A DNA stretch of 64,000 bases from an uncultured Chloroflexia bacterium (GCA_963828165.1 CAWHDR010000001.1:2839511-2903510); one strand, 5' to 3'. Counted from the first letter of the stretch, positions 40,532 through 50,735 are shown. Notes: generated from the letters alone by a model not told the origin. A program made the numbers and translations.

Positions 40532-40933
40532 ATGACCGCCGTCCTCGAATCGGTCAAAGCAACCCAGCAGGCGACCGACCAGAGTTCACTGCTCGCTATC
40601 GCCGCCTTCTTCGGGGTTCCTCCCACCGGCGAAGTGATGCAGCAACTCACCGGGAAGGGCAGCTCCGTGCTCGATCGGGTGAAGAACGGAGCCAAGCTCG
40701 GCTCGGCCGATGACCGCGCACACCTCGAGGTATTGGCGGCATTCGTCCGGGAGTTGCACGGGTACCTCACGCACGCGATGGGTTCACGCTCGCCCGACGC
40801 GCACGGCATGGAACGCTGGCTCGCTGCGGGCCAAGTCGAAGTCGGAGCCCGGACATACCGGCCGATCGAGGCGCTCGCCGATCGAGAACTCGCCATTGGC
40901 GCCCTGAACACGCTCCGCGCCACGCTGGACTGA
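40532..40933 (+). CDS. Putative Xre/MbcA/ParS-like antitoxin
   Basis: HTH-like N-half and C-terminal MERWL...GARTYRPIEAL resembling the DUF2384 W-L...P-I/L-E-L pattern. Adjacent to the RES gene. Confidence 0.55.
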   Translation: MTAVLESVKATQQATDQSSLLAIAAFFGVPPTGEVMQQLTGKGSSVLDRVKNGAKLGSADDRAHLEVLAAFVRELHGYLTHAMGSRSPDAHGMERWLAAGQVEVGARTYRPIEALADRELAIGALNTLRATLD

Positions 40934-41003
40934 CGCCAAACGCTCGTCGCATACACTCCGGCTGAGTCAACGCGAACCTGCGTCGATCGGGGGAGGGGAG
41001 AGG

Positions 41004-42943
41004 TTGCACCTCTACCAGGGCACGACCCAGCAGTTCATCGCCGACGCTACGCAGGCGCGCCTGGCGAACATGCTCTCCGACCGGTGGTTCGACGAGTTCC
41101 GCTACCGGCCGTCGCCGTCCGAGGTCACGTCCTGGCGAAACTCGCTCGAGCGCGATGGCGCACGTCCTCCAGGTCGCCGACCTGACCGACCAGGGGATCC
41201 TCGTCGAGCTCAAGATGCCGCTCACCTCGAAGCGGCTCGACGTCCTCATCACCGGCTCGAACCCCGACACGAAGCGCGACTCCGCCGTCATCGTCGAGCT
41301 CAAGCAGTGGACCGAGGTCGGCCGCTCGAACATCACCGACTGCGTCACCGTCGACTACGGCGGCAGGCCGCGCGACACCTCCACCCGTCGCGCCAGGTCG
41401 CGCAGTACCAGCGCTACCTGCTGGACACGCATCCGGCGTTCTCCGACGACCGCGCGATCGCGCTCGACGCCTGCGCCTACCTCCACTACGCCCAGCACGA
41501 CCCGACGTCGCCGCTCTACCACGCCGACTTCGCGACGCTGCTCGGCACGAACCCGTCGTTCGCCGGCGACCAGTCGGACGCGCTTCGCGACCTTCCTCGA
41601 CCAGCGCGTCGCCGGCCCGGACGAGGGCGAGATCCTCGAGCGCGTCGCCGCGACCGCCTTCAAGCCGCACAAGCGCCTGCTCGACCACGTCGCCCGCGTC
41701 ATCCGCAACGAGCCGACCTTCGTGCTCCTCGACGAGCAGCTCGTCGCCTACAACGCGATCCTCGACGCGGTCGGCCACGCCGGCACAGAACCAGCAGAAC
41801 GTCGTCTTCCTCATCGAGGGCGGCCCGGGCACCGGCAAGTCGGTCATCGCCCTCAACCTCGTCGCGGAGCTCGCCGAGCGCGGCCTCAGCACGCTCCACC
41901 TGACCGGCTCGAAGGCGTTCACCGAGAACCTGCGCAAGATCGTCGGCGGCCGGGCCGGCGCGCTGTTCAAGTACTTCCGCGACACCGCGACCGTCACCGA
42001 CAAGCTCGACGTCGCCATCCTCGACGAGGCCCACCGCATCCGGACGATCAGCACGAGCCGCTTCACGCCCGCGAAGGCGCGCACGGGCAAGTCCCAGATC
42101 GACGACATCCTCGACTCGAGCCGGGTCACCGTCTTCTTCATCGATGACCTGCAGGTCGTGCGCCCGGGCGAGGTCGGCAGCACGGACCTGATCCGCGAGG
42201 CGGCCGCCAAGCGCTGCGATCGAGGTCCGCGACTTCAAGCTCGAGGCGCAGTTCCGCTCGAACGGCTCCGATTCGTTCATCCAGTGGGTCGACAACACGC
42301 TCGAGCTCGACCGGACGCCGCAGGTCCTGTGGTCGATGGACGACGAGTTCGACTTCCAGATCGTCGGCTCGATCGGCCAGCTCGAGCAGAAGATCCGCGC
42401 CAAGGCCGGCGAGCCGGGACGACCGCCCGACTCGTCGCCGGCTTCTGCTGGCCCTGGTCCGACCCCGACGACGACGGCCAGCTCGTGCCGGACGTCAGGG
42501 TAGGGGAGTGGTCGATGCCCTGGAACGCCAGGGACGGCGTCGGCCGGCTCGGGCCCGGCATCCCGAAGTCGGACTTCTGGGCGAGCGCGAAGGAGGGGAT
42601 CGACCAGGTCGGCTGCGTCTACACCGCGCAGGGCTTCGAGTTCGACTACGTCGGCGTGATCGTCGGCCCCGACCTCGTCTACCGGCCGATGGACGGGGGA
42701 TGGGTCGGCCAGCGCGACCAGTCGCACGACCGCGTCGTCCGCCGCGGCGTCACCGAGGCCGAGTTCACCCGCTACGTCAAGAGCACCTACCGCGTCCTGC
42801 TGACCCGCGGCCTCCGCGGCTGCTACGTCTACTTCATGGACGCCCCGACGCGCGACTTCTTCCTGAGCCGGACCGAAAGCTCGCGCGGGGCTCTTCGTCA
42901 CACCGCGGAGACCAAAGCAACCTATGCACGCGATGGACAGTGA
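41004..42943 (+). CDS. DUF2075 (Schlafen group 3-type DNA/RNA helicase) with N-terminal nuclease-like domain; several frameshifts
   Basis: SEVTSWRNSL, KRLDVLI..IVELKQW, IEGGPGTGKS, ILDEAHR, ARLVAGFCWPW, GCVYTAQGFEFDYVG and YRVLLTRG. Confidence 0.88.
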
Positions 42944-44017
42944 TGCGTATCTCCGAAAGTCTCTCGAGCGACTTGATCGGAGCCGCCGGCCTGTTACTGC
43001 TTGGTCTGCTCGCCGCCGCATGGTTCCTCATCGGCCTTCCGGAGATGCCTTCCCTTGCAAGCCCAATCAACCTTGAAACCGGCCGCCCCTTGGAGGTCAC
43101 GCTCTCAGCGCAGTCCGCGCCACCTCCAGCCCAAGTCACCGTCCGAATCACTGTCGTGGACGCGAACACGAGTCAGGGAGACATTGCAGCGCTCGTGCAG
43201 GTTCGAATTGCGGACAAGCACCTACTCGCCCTTCGTGACGTAGCGACTCCTCCGATCTGCGCGGGGGCCAATCGACGGCGACGGGTACGGTTGTTGTCGT
43301 CAGGCGAAACGGACGGCTTGGACTCACCGACGATTGTTACGGGCAACTTGCGTTCGATCTGACCCTCCTACCCACCGAGGGTGGCGCCACGCACATATTG
43401 ATCGGCCTTGGGTCGGTCGTGGATCGGCCAACTGGCTTCACAGGAGCCAGCTTTGCCACAAACGTGGCGTCGCCCGCGTTCTCCACCCCGCGCGCCTTTC
43501 CTGATGACAAACAGTGGTACGCAGCGTTTCCATCGCTCTCCTACGATCGCCTCGTTGAGAGGACTGCGACAGGGTTTGCGTTCTACGCAGACGTGCGCTT
43601 TGAGATCGAGCGAGCCGGGCACTCGGAAGCCAGGATGTCAGCGTAGACACCGCGGCCGCCGATGGGAGTGCGCCAGTCTCATTCGTCGTTTCACGGGACG
43701 CCGTCACGCGATTGTGGGTGTATGGAGCAGCACTGCTTCCTACCGCCCTCTTCCTAGCGGTTAGTTTGAGTAGCAAGTCCAAAAACCGATCGGGCACTCA
43801 ACCGGACATCGACGTGCTGAACATCGGAATTTCGCTGCTGGCAATTCTGTCCTTATCGACGTCCTGGTCCCCGCCGAAGCGGAAACGCCAAATCGGGTCC
43901 AACGATTGTTGGTCGGCCAGATCGTGGCATTTGTTGTGTGGCCGAGCTGGCGGGATTGGCTCCGAAGATCGCATGTTGCGATGCGTTCGGCCCCTGACCC
44001 AGCATCACCCCGCGTAG
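42943..44017 (+). CDS. Putative membrane protein (N-terminal TM, soluble domain, C-terminal TMs); frameshifted, end approximate
   Basis: TGATG coupling to DUF2075. Hydrophobic segments lie in ORFs 42508-43362 and 43712-44017. Confidence 0.5.
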
Positions 44018-44063
44018 GGCAAGAACCACCGGCCGATCCGGGAACGATTGATCGGAGACCCAA

Positions 44064-46060
44064 ATGAAGTTGCTCCGGGCCAGGGTTCAGAACTATCGAA
44101 GCATCCTCGACAGCGGGTGGTTCGACGTTGAGGAACAGAAGACCATCTTGGTCGGGACGAACGAGTCGGGCAAGACCGCCCTCTTGCGCGCGCTCCAAAC
44201 ACTCAACCCTCCGGCAGGCGAAGGGGAACTGGAGGCCTTTCAAGACTTCCCGCGGTCAGACTATGGACGGATTTCGGGCGGGGCGACATCGCCCCCGAGG
44301 ATGTTGTCATCGTAGAAGGCGACTTCGCCGTCGATGAGGACCTCCGGGCCCGCCTCGCGGCTATCGACGCAACGATTCGGCATCGTTCAGACGGTCCGGA
44401 TTGCGCGCTACCTGGCTAACAATCGGCGAGTGTCGATGGACGGAGTAACGTCCAGTGTCCGCTGGCGCACGATGGCGCGTAAGTTTGGATCGGCTCCGCT
44501 CCAACGCCGAGAAGGCCGGGGGCCAGGAGGCGACACTCAGGGCATTTGACGTCTTATCGCGTGATTTGGACTCAGATGACTTCGTTCTTGGGGAGGTCGC
44601 CGAGAAGCTGTCTGAGTGGCTGCGCGAGTCCGCCCAGGTTTGAAGGCCTCAGATCAGGCCGCTGTTTTGACATCCCTGCTCGAGATTCGAACTGAGTTGC
44701 CCGGCCGACACGCTAGGGCTCGCGAAGCTGTGCTCGAAGCAGCTCCCCTCGCTCTTTGTCTATTACTCAAGCTTCACAACCGTGCGGCCCCGAATAACCT
44801 GTCCCTTCTAGCTACTCGAATACAGGCGAACGATGTGGACGCCGACCTGGACGCCGGCAATGTCGCTCTGTTCAAACTTCTTCGGCTCGACGCTGCCGAA
44901 GTCTCCGCCCAGGGCAAGGCATCGGTCAAATCGGTGACGTCGCAGGAAGACGCCGAGCAGGTACAGAACCAACTGGCCAAACGACAACATACCCTCGCTG
45001 AGGCTGGCGAAGGACCTCACTTCGGCCGTCCGAAAGGTATGCGGGGCGAGAAGCACAAACTGGAATTCCGCGCGGATGGCGATTGGGTGCGCGTAGTCGT
45101 CGTTGAGAATGATGTCGACATCGAACTGGATCAGCGCAGTGCCGGATTTCTTGTCTGGTTGGTCAGCTTTTATGTCGTCTTCAAGGCGGAAACGGCTGAC
45201 AACTTGGCAAATGCAATTCTTCCTTCTCGACGAACCAGGACTGAGTCTCTGATGCCCCGAAGCAACGACAATTTCGCGAAACTGTGTCGTCAATCGCGAC
45301 GGGCAATCAAACGCTATATACGACCCATTCACCTTTCATGGTGGGTCCAGATGAATTGCACCTGGTTCGCGTGGTCGAACTACGCTCCAGGAAGGGCACT
45401 CGGGTCCATCAAGGGGTCACCAGCGCTGATCCGGCCGCGCTATTTCCCCTCCAAGCGGCACTCGGGTACAGCATGGCGCAATCGCTGTTTGCGCAGCAGT
45501 CCGAACCTCGTTTGTGAAGGGCTCACCGATTTCTGGTACATCGAAGGCATGAGCAATCTGCTGGGCGAACGCAAGCGGCCTTCTCTTCGTGAAGACATAG
45601 CGATCGTGCCGGCTGGAGGAGCCAGCAAAGTGGCCTACTTTGCCGTTCTCCTTCGCGCCCAAAAGCTCCAGGTTGCAGCTCTGTTGGATTCCGACACCGA
45701 AGGCGAGCATGCGGCGGGCCTGAGCGAGTTCGTGTACGCCCTTGGTCGGGCGCAAATCCTTCGGACAGGCGACTTCACGGCGAAAGTCGGGACGCTCTAC
45801 CACGGAAGACCTCCGTATGACTCTTGTGCACGTTGCCAAGGCAGAACTTGGATGGGATGTACACAAAGCCGCGCTCTCGCAACCAGAGCGCCCAGTCCTC
45901 AAGATTTTCCAGACATCGCATTGGAAAGAACTTCTCCAAGTATCAGTTGGTGAAGGCCTTCGTCAGGTGGACTGGTGCTCATTCGCACAGGGATCTCGAC
46001 CCCGCTGAGGTATCGAATTGGACCCTTCTCTTCGGTCGAATTAACGAAATCCTGAAGTAG
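44064..46060 (+). CDS. OLD-family ATP-dependent nuclease (ABC ATPase + TOPRIM); many frameshifts
   Basis: VQNYRSI, VGTNESGKT (Walker A), RSAGF, LLDEPGLS (Walker B, shifted frame), YTTHSP, LVCEGLTD and LLDSDTEG. Confidence 0.88.
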
Positions 46061-46131
46061 AGGTTTGGAGACGGTCGGTGCTGTTGCGATGCGGCACGAG
46101 TACGGATCCGGACCTTCCTGGGAGACCCTAG

Positions 46132-47738
46132 GTGCGCCTAAGCCTTGAACTGGTCTCTGCATTGGACCTTGAATTCGCATCACACCAGGCGGCCGAGAGA
46201 GGCAGTGACTTCTTCCCGCTGACACTTGCGTTTCGCGCCGCGAACAATCCGGACTTCCTCCGTTGGCTTCGGTCGTCTTGGTCGAAGGGGTTTGTCGCCC
46301 GAGTCAACCCGAATTCGTTGTCGTGCCAAAGCTCGGCGCCGGTACCAGGCTGGCAGTGGACATGCCCGTCGAAGAACGACTGCTATTCGATGCGCTGTGC
46401 GCGCACTTATCGAACATTGCTCTTGGGCAGCTGGTGAATCGGTCAGTTGACTTCGAGGATCGCCCTGCCGCCGAAGACGTCCTCGCGCGAGGCGAAAACT
46501 CTCATGTCCTAATGACCGACATCGTCGCGTTCTACGACTACCTTGACCGGTCAAGACTTGCCATTGAGCTTGAGGACATCACTGGGGAAGGAGAGGCAAC
46601 TTCGGCCCTTTGTGAACTTCTTGACCATGCGATGGGAGATCGGGAAGGAATTCCCCGAAGGGTTGATGCCAACTGCTACGTTCTTGGGCGACGTATACCT
46701 GTCGATTGCAGATCGGGTGTTGGGCCGCGGGGGTACGCCAGTGGTCCGCTGGATCGACGACTATCGTTTCGCCGCGAGCAGTCTTAGGGACGCATTTCAC
46801 CTAAAGACCGAGCTGGAGCTCCAACTTAGGGATCTGGGACTTGTGATCAACTCGGCGAAGACTTGGATGCCAACGCGCGATGAGTACCGAGCGCTCATTG
46901 CGAGCCGAACGGGAGCGGAAGTCGACCGAGACCGCTCTCAAGAGCCGAATCGAAACGCGTATTCGAGATGAGTACGAAACCACTGACGCCGAGGACGATC
47001 GACCGAAATCGGTTCGAGCCAAGGGCGTCCGAATAGACCCCATCCTGGAGGGACGCAGCTCACAGAGGCTGCTGCGGACGACGCTGAATGGGGCGCGACA
47101 CCGCAGGGCTATGCGACGAGTCGTCGAATTGAACTCAGCCTGCGCGAACTCGGCCGGACGGGATCCTCGGCGCCGTTGGGAAGGCTAGGTGTGCTTCTGT
47201 TTCGGCACCCTCACCTGACGAAACAGGTTTCGTACTATCTGCGCACCAGGATCAACGGCGGTTGGGAAGCCGACACGGTTCGACTTGTGTCGGAGGCCTT
47301 GGCGGCCGATGCCTTTCCCTATCCCTGGCAGCGGGGTTGGCTCCTCCACGCACTAATCCCCGCCAAGAAGAAGCCATTGCCCCCAGCGGCTATTGATGTT
47401 CTCTGGCAGCGTTCCATGCTGACGATCTGAGTTTTGTTTCGCTGGTCGCGCGGCGATTGTCCTCGCAACCCAAGGACTTCTACCAGCTCGGTCCAGAGCT
47501 GGCGCACGCCTTCATCTGCGACGTGGCTAAATCCAACGGTGCGGATCTTGTGGGGGCTGCAAGCCTAATGCCCGAGACGACGGCGCGAGATCAAAACATA
47601 GAGTCGGTGCGTCGCGACCGCCTTCTTCTGTCGAGCAATTGCCGAGGCCAGCGCCGACACGAGCGCCATCTACTTGTGATGACATCGGCGGTAAAGAGTG
47701 AGTTCTGCACCTGGCTGGTCGCCGAACTTGAGCATTGA
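46132..47738 (+). CDS. Reverse transcriptase, UG/Abi-like, with helical C-terminal extension; frameshifted, end approximate
   Basis: Joined frames give VPKLGAGTR, TDIVAFYDYLD, GIPEG, FLGDVYL, RWIDD (46747-46761), LGLVINSAKT and later PYPWQRGWLL. Confidence 0.85.
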
Positions 47739-48305
47739 AGCCGAACGGGCAATTCGAAGACTTGAACCGCCTTCGAATAGTCATCGCCCGATCACAGGCC
47801 ACGATCCGTCTGATCCCGAGCCCAACGCGTCGAGCTCAACTCTCCGACTCGGCGGAACTGGGCGTCGTCCGGGCCTTCTCTGTGCTCGAATCTTATCTGA
47901 GCGAACGAGCAGACACCATCATTCGTGAGGACCTTCCGGTTCCTGCGTCCCCCACGTCGCTCACAAAATTCGCTCACCTCAACCTCCTAGGGGCTTTTCG
48001 CGGCAACTTCGAACGAGGGATGGTTGGCTTCTGGAAAAGGCCTCCAATGTCGATCTGCAGAAGCTTCCCGACGGGTGGAGTAGCGTCGACGAGTTTCGCG
48101 AGCTCCGAAATCTCCTTACTCACGGTTTGGGTTACATCCGGCCAGGCGGTGCTCAGCTCCCCAGAGTCTGGCCAAGCGCCTTCGAAAGGTCACGGCAGAT
48201 CCAGGAACCTTCACCGGAGGGGTCCCGGTGGAGAATGAGGATTTCGATGAAATGGCCCGACTGGTCCGATCGACCGTACTGTGGGTCGATCAGCAAGTCA
48301 CGTAA
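47735..48305 (+). CDS. HEPN-domain putative RNase; two frameshifts
   Basis: Helical N-terminus (VVRAFSVLESYL) and R-x4-H motif FRELRNLLTHG (RNLLTH at 48106-48123). Confidence 0.75.
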
Positions 48306-48331
48306 CGGACATAACTCACCTTCTCCCGGGA
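48304..48331 (-). other. Degenerate dif-like Xer recombination site
   Basis: Minus strand reads TCCCGGGAGAA-GGTGAG-TTATGTCCGTT. It shares 17 bp with the site at 49481. Confidence 0.75.
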
Positions 48332-48879
48332 CCCCTCGCCACCAGCTCATTTGCGGCCCCCAGACGCCCTAGGACGGCCGTGGCGCCGCTTTCCGCTCTT
48401 CGATGGCCGTCCGCCTGACTTCGGCGCTCCGGGCGGCGGGGGAGGGCTAGTTTCAGCCTCAGTCGGCGGCTGGCGATCGACGTCGGCGGCCGAGTCACCC
48501 GGCGCGACGTTCCGAGGACCGAGGGACTGCGGACCTGCGGTCCTTCCGTCCCCCGGTCAATCTCAGCGTGCGGGTCCTGAAATCGCGGGCCGTCAAGGGC
48601 GGCTCTGCCGAGCCGTCGCCTGCGGCGATCGCGGACCCTTGACCGCCCTCGTCCAGATCGATACGCCTGAGGCGGGCGCGAATGCAACCGGCGATGCTCT
48701 GGACACCGGAGCTCCGTCCGACCTGGTCGACGCGTCACGGACCAGCCGGCCGCGATCGCGGCCGCGATCGCCTCAGCCCGGGTCACGCCCTGCCGCGTCA
48801 GCGATGTCCAGCACCACCGGCCGTCGCGATCGGCGTAGTCGCAACCGAGGTTCCAGACCTGCAATCTCACCAGCGGCAT
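48316..48879 (-). CDS. Phage-like small Zn-binding protein (first ~65 aa; remainder doubtful)
   Basis: CDY...WC...AIAAGW...LRCPEH, preceded by TTGCAG-N17-TAGGAT-N6-ATG. Confidence 0.6.
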   Translation of the reverse strand: MPLVRLQVWNLGCDYADRDGRWCWTSLTRQGVTRAEAIAAAIAAGWSVTRRPGRTELRCPEHRRLHSRPPQAYRSGRGRSRVRDRRRRRLGRAALDGPRFQDPHAEIDRGTEGPQVRSPSVLGTSRRVTRPPTSIASRRLRLKLALPRRPERRSQADGHRRAESGATAVLGRLGAANELVARGPGRR

Positions 48880-48914
48880 AGCGACATCCTAAACACTCCC
48901 ACTGTTCACTGCAA
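48880..48914 (-). promoter_or_regulatory. Leaderless sigma70-type promoter
   Basis: -35 TTGCAG (48914-48909), 17-bp spacer, -10 TAGGAT (48891-48886), 6 nt to ATG. Confidence 0.65.
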
Positions 48915-49131
48915 GCCCTATTTGTCACGCATATGCAGTCCTGCACCTGTTGAGAGTGTCTATAGGTACGTTTGGTGTGTTGAGACATTGCCTCTGTGTC
49001 AAGGCCGCCAGACGCGCCGGAGCCCGAGTGCATCAACCAACACTCGGGCCCCGGGTCCTCACAGCGCGAGTGATCCACCGGTGTCGCCAACCACCGCACT
49101 CCGCGAGGCCGCTACATTTACGCCCAGATCG

Positions 49132-49395
49132 TCAGCTGTAGACGCGGGGCGGCGTGCCGTTCAGGGTGTCCCGATGCTCGTCCGTGAGCGCGAGTTGAGT
49201 TCGGATTGGCCAGAGCGCCAGGCGAAGATGCATGAAGCGCCCACAGACCGGGACCTGCCAGGGCGGACCCTCGCCGGCCCAGCCGTGCTCGTACATCATC
49301 GGCGACGGGAACTCAACCGACTCAACCGGCGACTCCCCGCAGACCACACAAATCCGCTCGCCGAACCGCCACCGGATCCACGGGTCCACGGGCAA
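49132..49395 (-). CDS. Small Cys/His-rich hypothetical protein
   Basis: CVVC...CGRFMH potential Zn ligands, inside the dif-flanked segment. Confidence 0.4.
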   Translation of the reverse strand: MPVDPWIRWRFGERICVVCGESPVESVEFPSPMMYEHGWAGEGPPWQVPVCGRFMHLRLALWPIRTQLALTDEHRDTLNGTPPRVYS

Positions 49396-49480
49396 TCGCG
49401 CCTCTCGAGAGACCGAACCCTCCGCGTCAGCGTTGCGGTCCGGCTGGGCCGCATTCTGGCCCTCAATGGGGTCAAAATCA

Positions 49481-49508
49481 ACCGGACATAACTCACCTTA
49501 TCGGAAGT
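49481..49508 (-). other. dif: dif site (XerC/XerD chromosome dimer resolution site)
   Basis: Minus strand reads ACTTCCGATAA-GGTGAG-TTATGTCCGGT, an 11-6-11 layout with the ATAA/TTAT dyad and TTATGT XerD-arm start. It is intergenic. Confidence 0.85.
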
Positions 49509-49544
49509 GGCATCGGGGACTTCGGAGGGCCCGGAAGTGGCCAT

Positions 49545-50309
49545 CTACCGCGCCGTCCAGCCGCCGTCGACCGTCAGGACGGTTCCTGTGACCATCCCGG
49601 CTGCCGGCGAGGCCAGATACAGCACCGCGGCGGCGACATCGGCCGTCGACGCGACGCGGCCGGCCGGGATCCGCTCCAGGACGGACGTGAGGAATACCGG
49701 ATCGTCCAGGCGCTCCGCCGTACCGGGCGTGTAGACCCATGTCGGGGCGACGCAGTTGACCGTGACGCCCTGTGGCGTCCACTCCAGCGCCAACACGCGC
49801 GTCAGGCCGATCACCGCCGCCTTGCTCGCCGAATAGGCCGCGTGGCGCGGGATGCCGACCAGACCGGCCTGAGACGCCATGTTGATGATCCGTCCGGAAC
49901 CCTGCGGCAGCATCACCCGGGCGGCGGACTGTGAGGCGAAGAAGAGCCCGCGGACGTTGACCGCGAACAGCTCGTCCCACTCGGCCTCGGTCGCGTCGAT
50001 CGCGTCGTGGTTCGTCCCGAGCCCGGCGTTGTTGACGAGGATGTCGAGTCGCCCGAACGCGTCGACGACCTGCGCGACCGCGCGTTCGATCGACACACGG
50101 TCGGTCAGATCGAGCTCGACAGGGGAGGCTTCGCCACCCGCGGCGCGGATGGCGCTGACGACCGAATTGACGCGCTCCCCTGCCCTCCCGGCAACCCCGA
50201 CCCGAGCGCCGGCCTCGGCGAACGCCATGGCCAGATCGGCGCCGATGCCCCCGGTCGCACCCGTCACGAGCACGACCTGACCCTCGACCGAGAACGAAAC
50301 GGCGGTCAC
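49545..50309 (-). CDS. SDR family oxidoreductase
   Basis: TGATGGIG, NNAG, YSASK and VDGGW. TAGGCT-N6-GTG start. Confidence 0.93.
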   Translation of the reverse strand: MTAVSFSVEGQVVLVTGATGGIGADLAMAFAEAGARVGVAGRAGERVNSVVSAIRAAGGEASPVELDLTDRVSIERAVAQVVDAFGRLDILVNNAGLGTNHDAIDATEAEWDELFAVNVRGLFFASQSAARVMLPQGSGRIINMASQAGLVGIPRHAAYSASKAAVIGLTRVLALEWTPQGVTVNCVAPTWVYTPGTAERLDDPVFLTSVLERIPAGRVASTADVAAAVLYLASPAAGMVTGTVLTVDGGWTAR

Positions 50310-50318
50310 CGTCGGAGC

Positions 50319-50735
50319 CTAGCGCAGCATCGAGTCGGTCGCCGCGTCGGTCGTGCCGCCGTAGAACCGCTCCAGGACCTCACCGAACGACGGTTCATCG
50401 GGTGCGGCGAGATGGAACAGCGTCATCGACGACCGAACCTTCATCGCGTCGAGGGATCCGAAGATCTGATCGGGGGTCGCTCCTGACGTAGCCAGGACGG
50501 CGCCGACGCATTCGCGCAGCCGAGGCCCCAGCACCGGATGGTCCAGGTAGGCCCGCGCCTCGTCCAATGACGCGATGCCGTAGAACCGGGACGTCTCGCT
50601 CCGTCCGAGGCCGGCGAGCTGCGGAAAGATGAACCAGATCCAGTGCCCGGTCTTGCGTCCCGCACGCAGCTCGCGCAGGACGCCCTCGTACACGCCCTCC
50701 TGGGCCTCGACGAAGCGCTCCAGATCGAACGGCAT
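50319..50735 (-). CDS. DUF1810 family protein
   Basis: FDLERFVEAQ...GRKTGHWIWFIFPQL...DAMKVRSSMTLF. Confidence 0.9.
   Translation of the reverse strand: MPFDLERFVEAQEGVYEGVLRELRAGRKTGHWIWFIFPQLAGLGRSETSRFYGIASLDEARAYLDHPVLGPRLRECVGAVLATSGATPDQIFGSLDAMKVRSSMTLFHLAAPDEPSFGEVLERFYGGTTDAATDSMLR

Larger units (their letters stand above)
48304..49508. mobile_element. About 1.2-kb dif-flanked mini element (IMEX-like or remnant)
   Basis: Directly repeated dif-like sites 1177 bp apart enclose small Cys/His ORFs and a branched inverted repeat. Confidence 0.6.

Noticed and set aside
44064-47738. Retron (Eco8-like OLD + RT)
   Set aside because: The RT lacks YADD and an evident VTG motif and has a long helical tail. 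No msr/msd inverted-repeat region is visible in the 71-bp gap or upstream of OLD.
49502-49545. Direct repeat CGGAAGTGGC beside dif as a third Xer site
   Set aside because: It covers only the outer part of one arm, with no central region or second arm.
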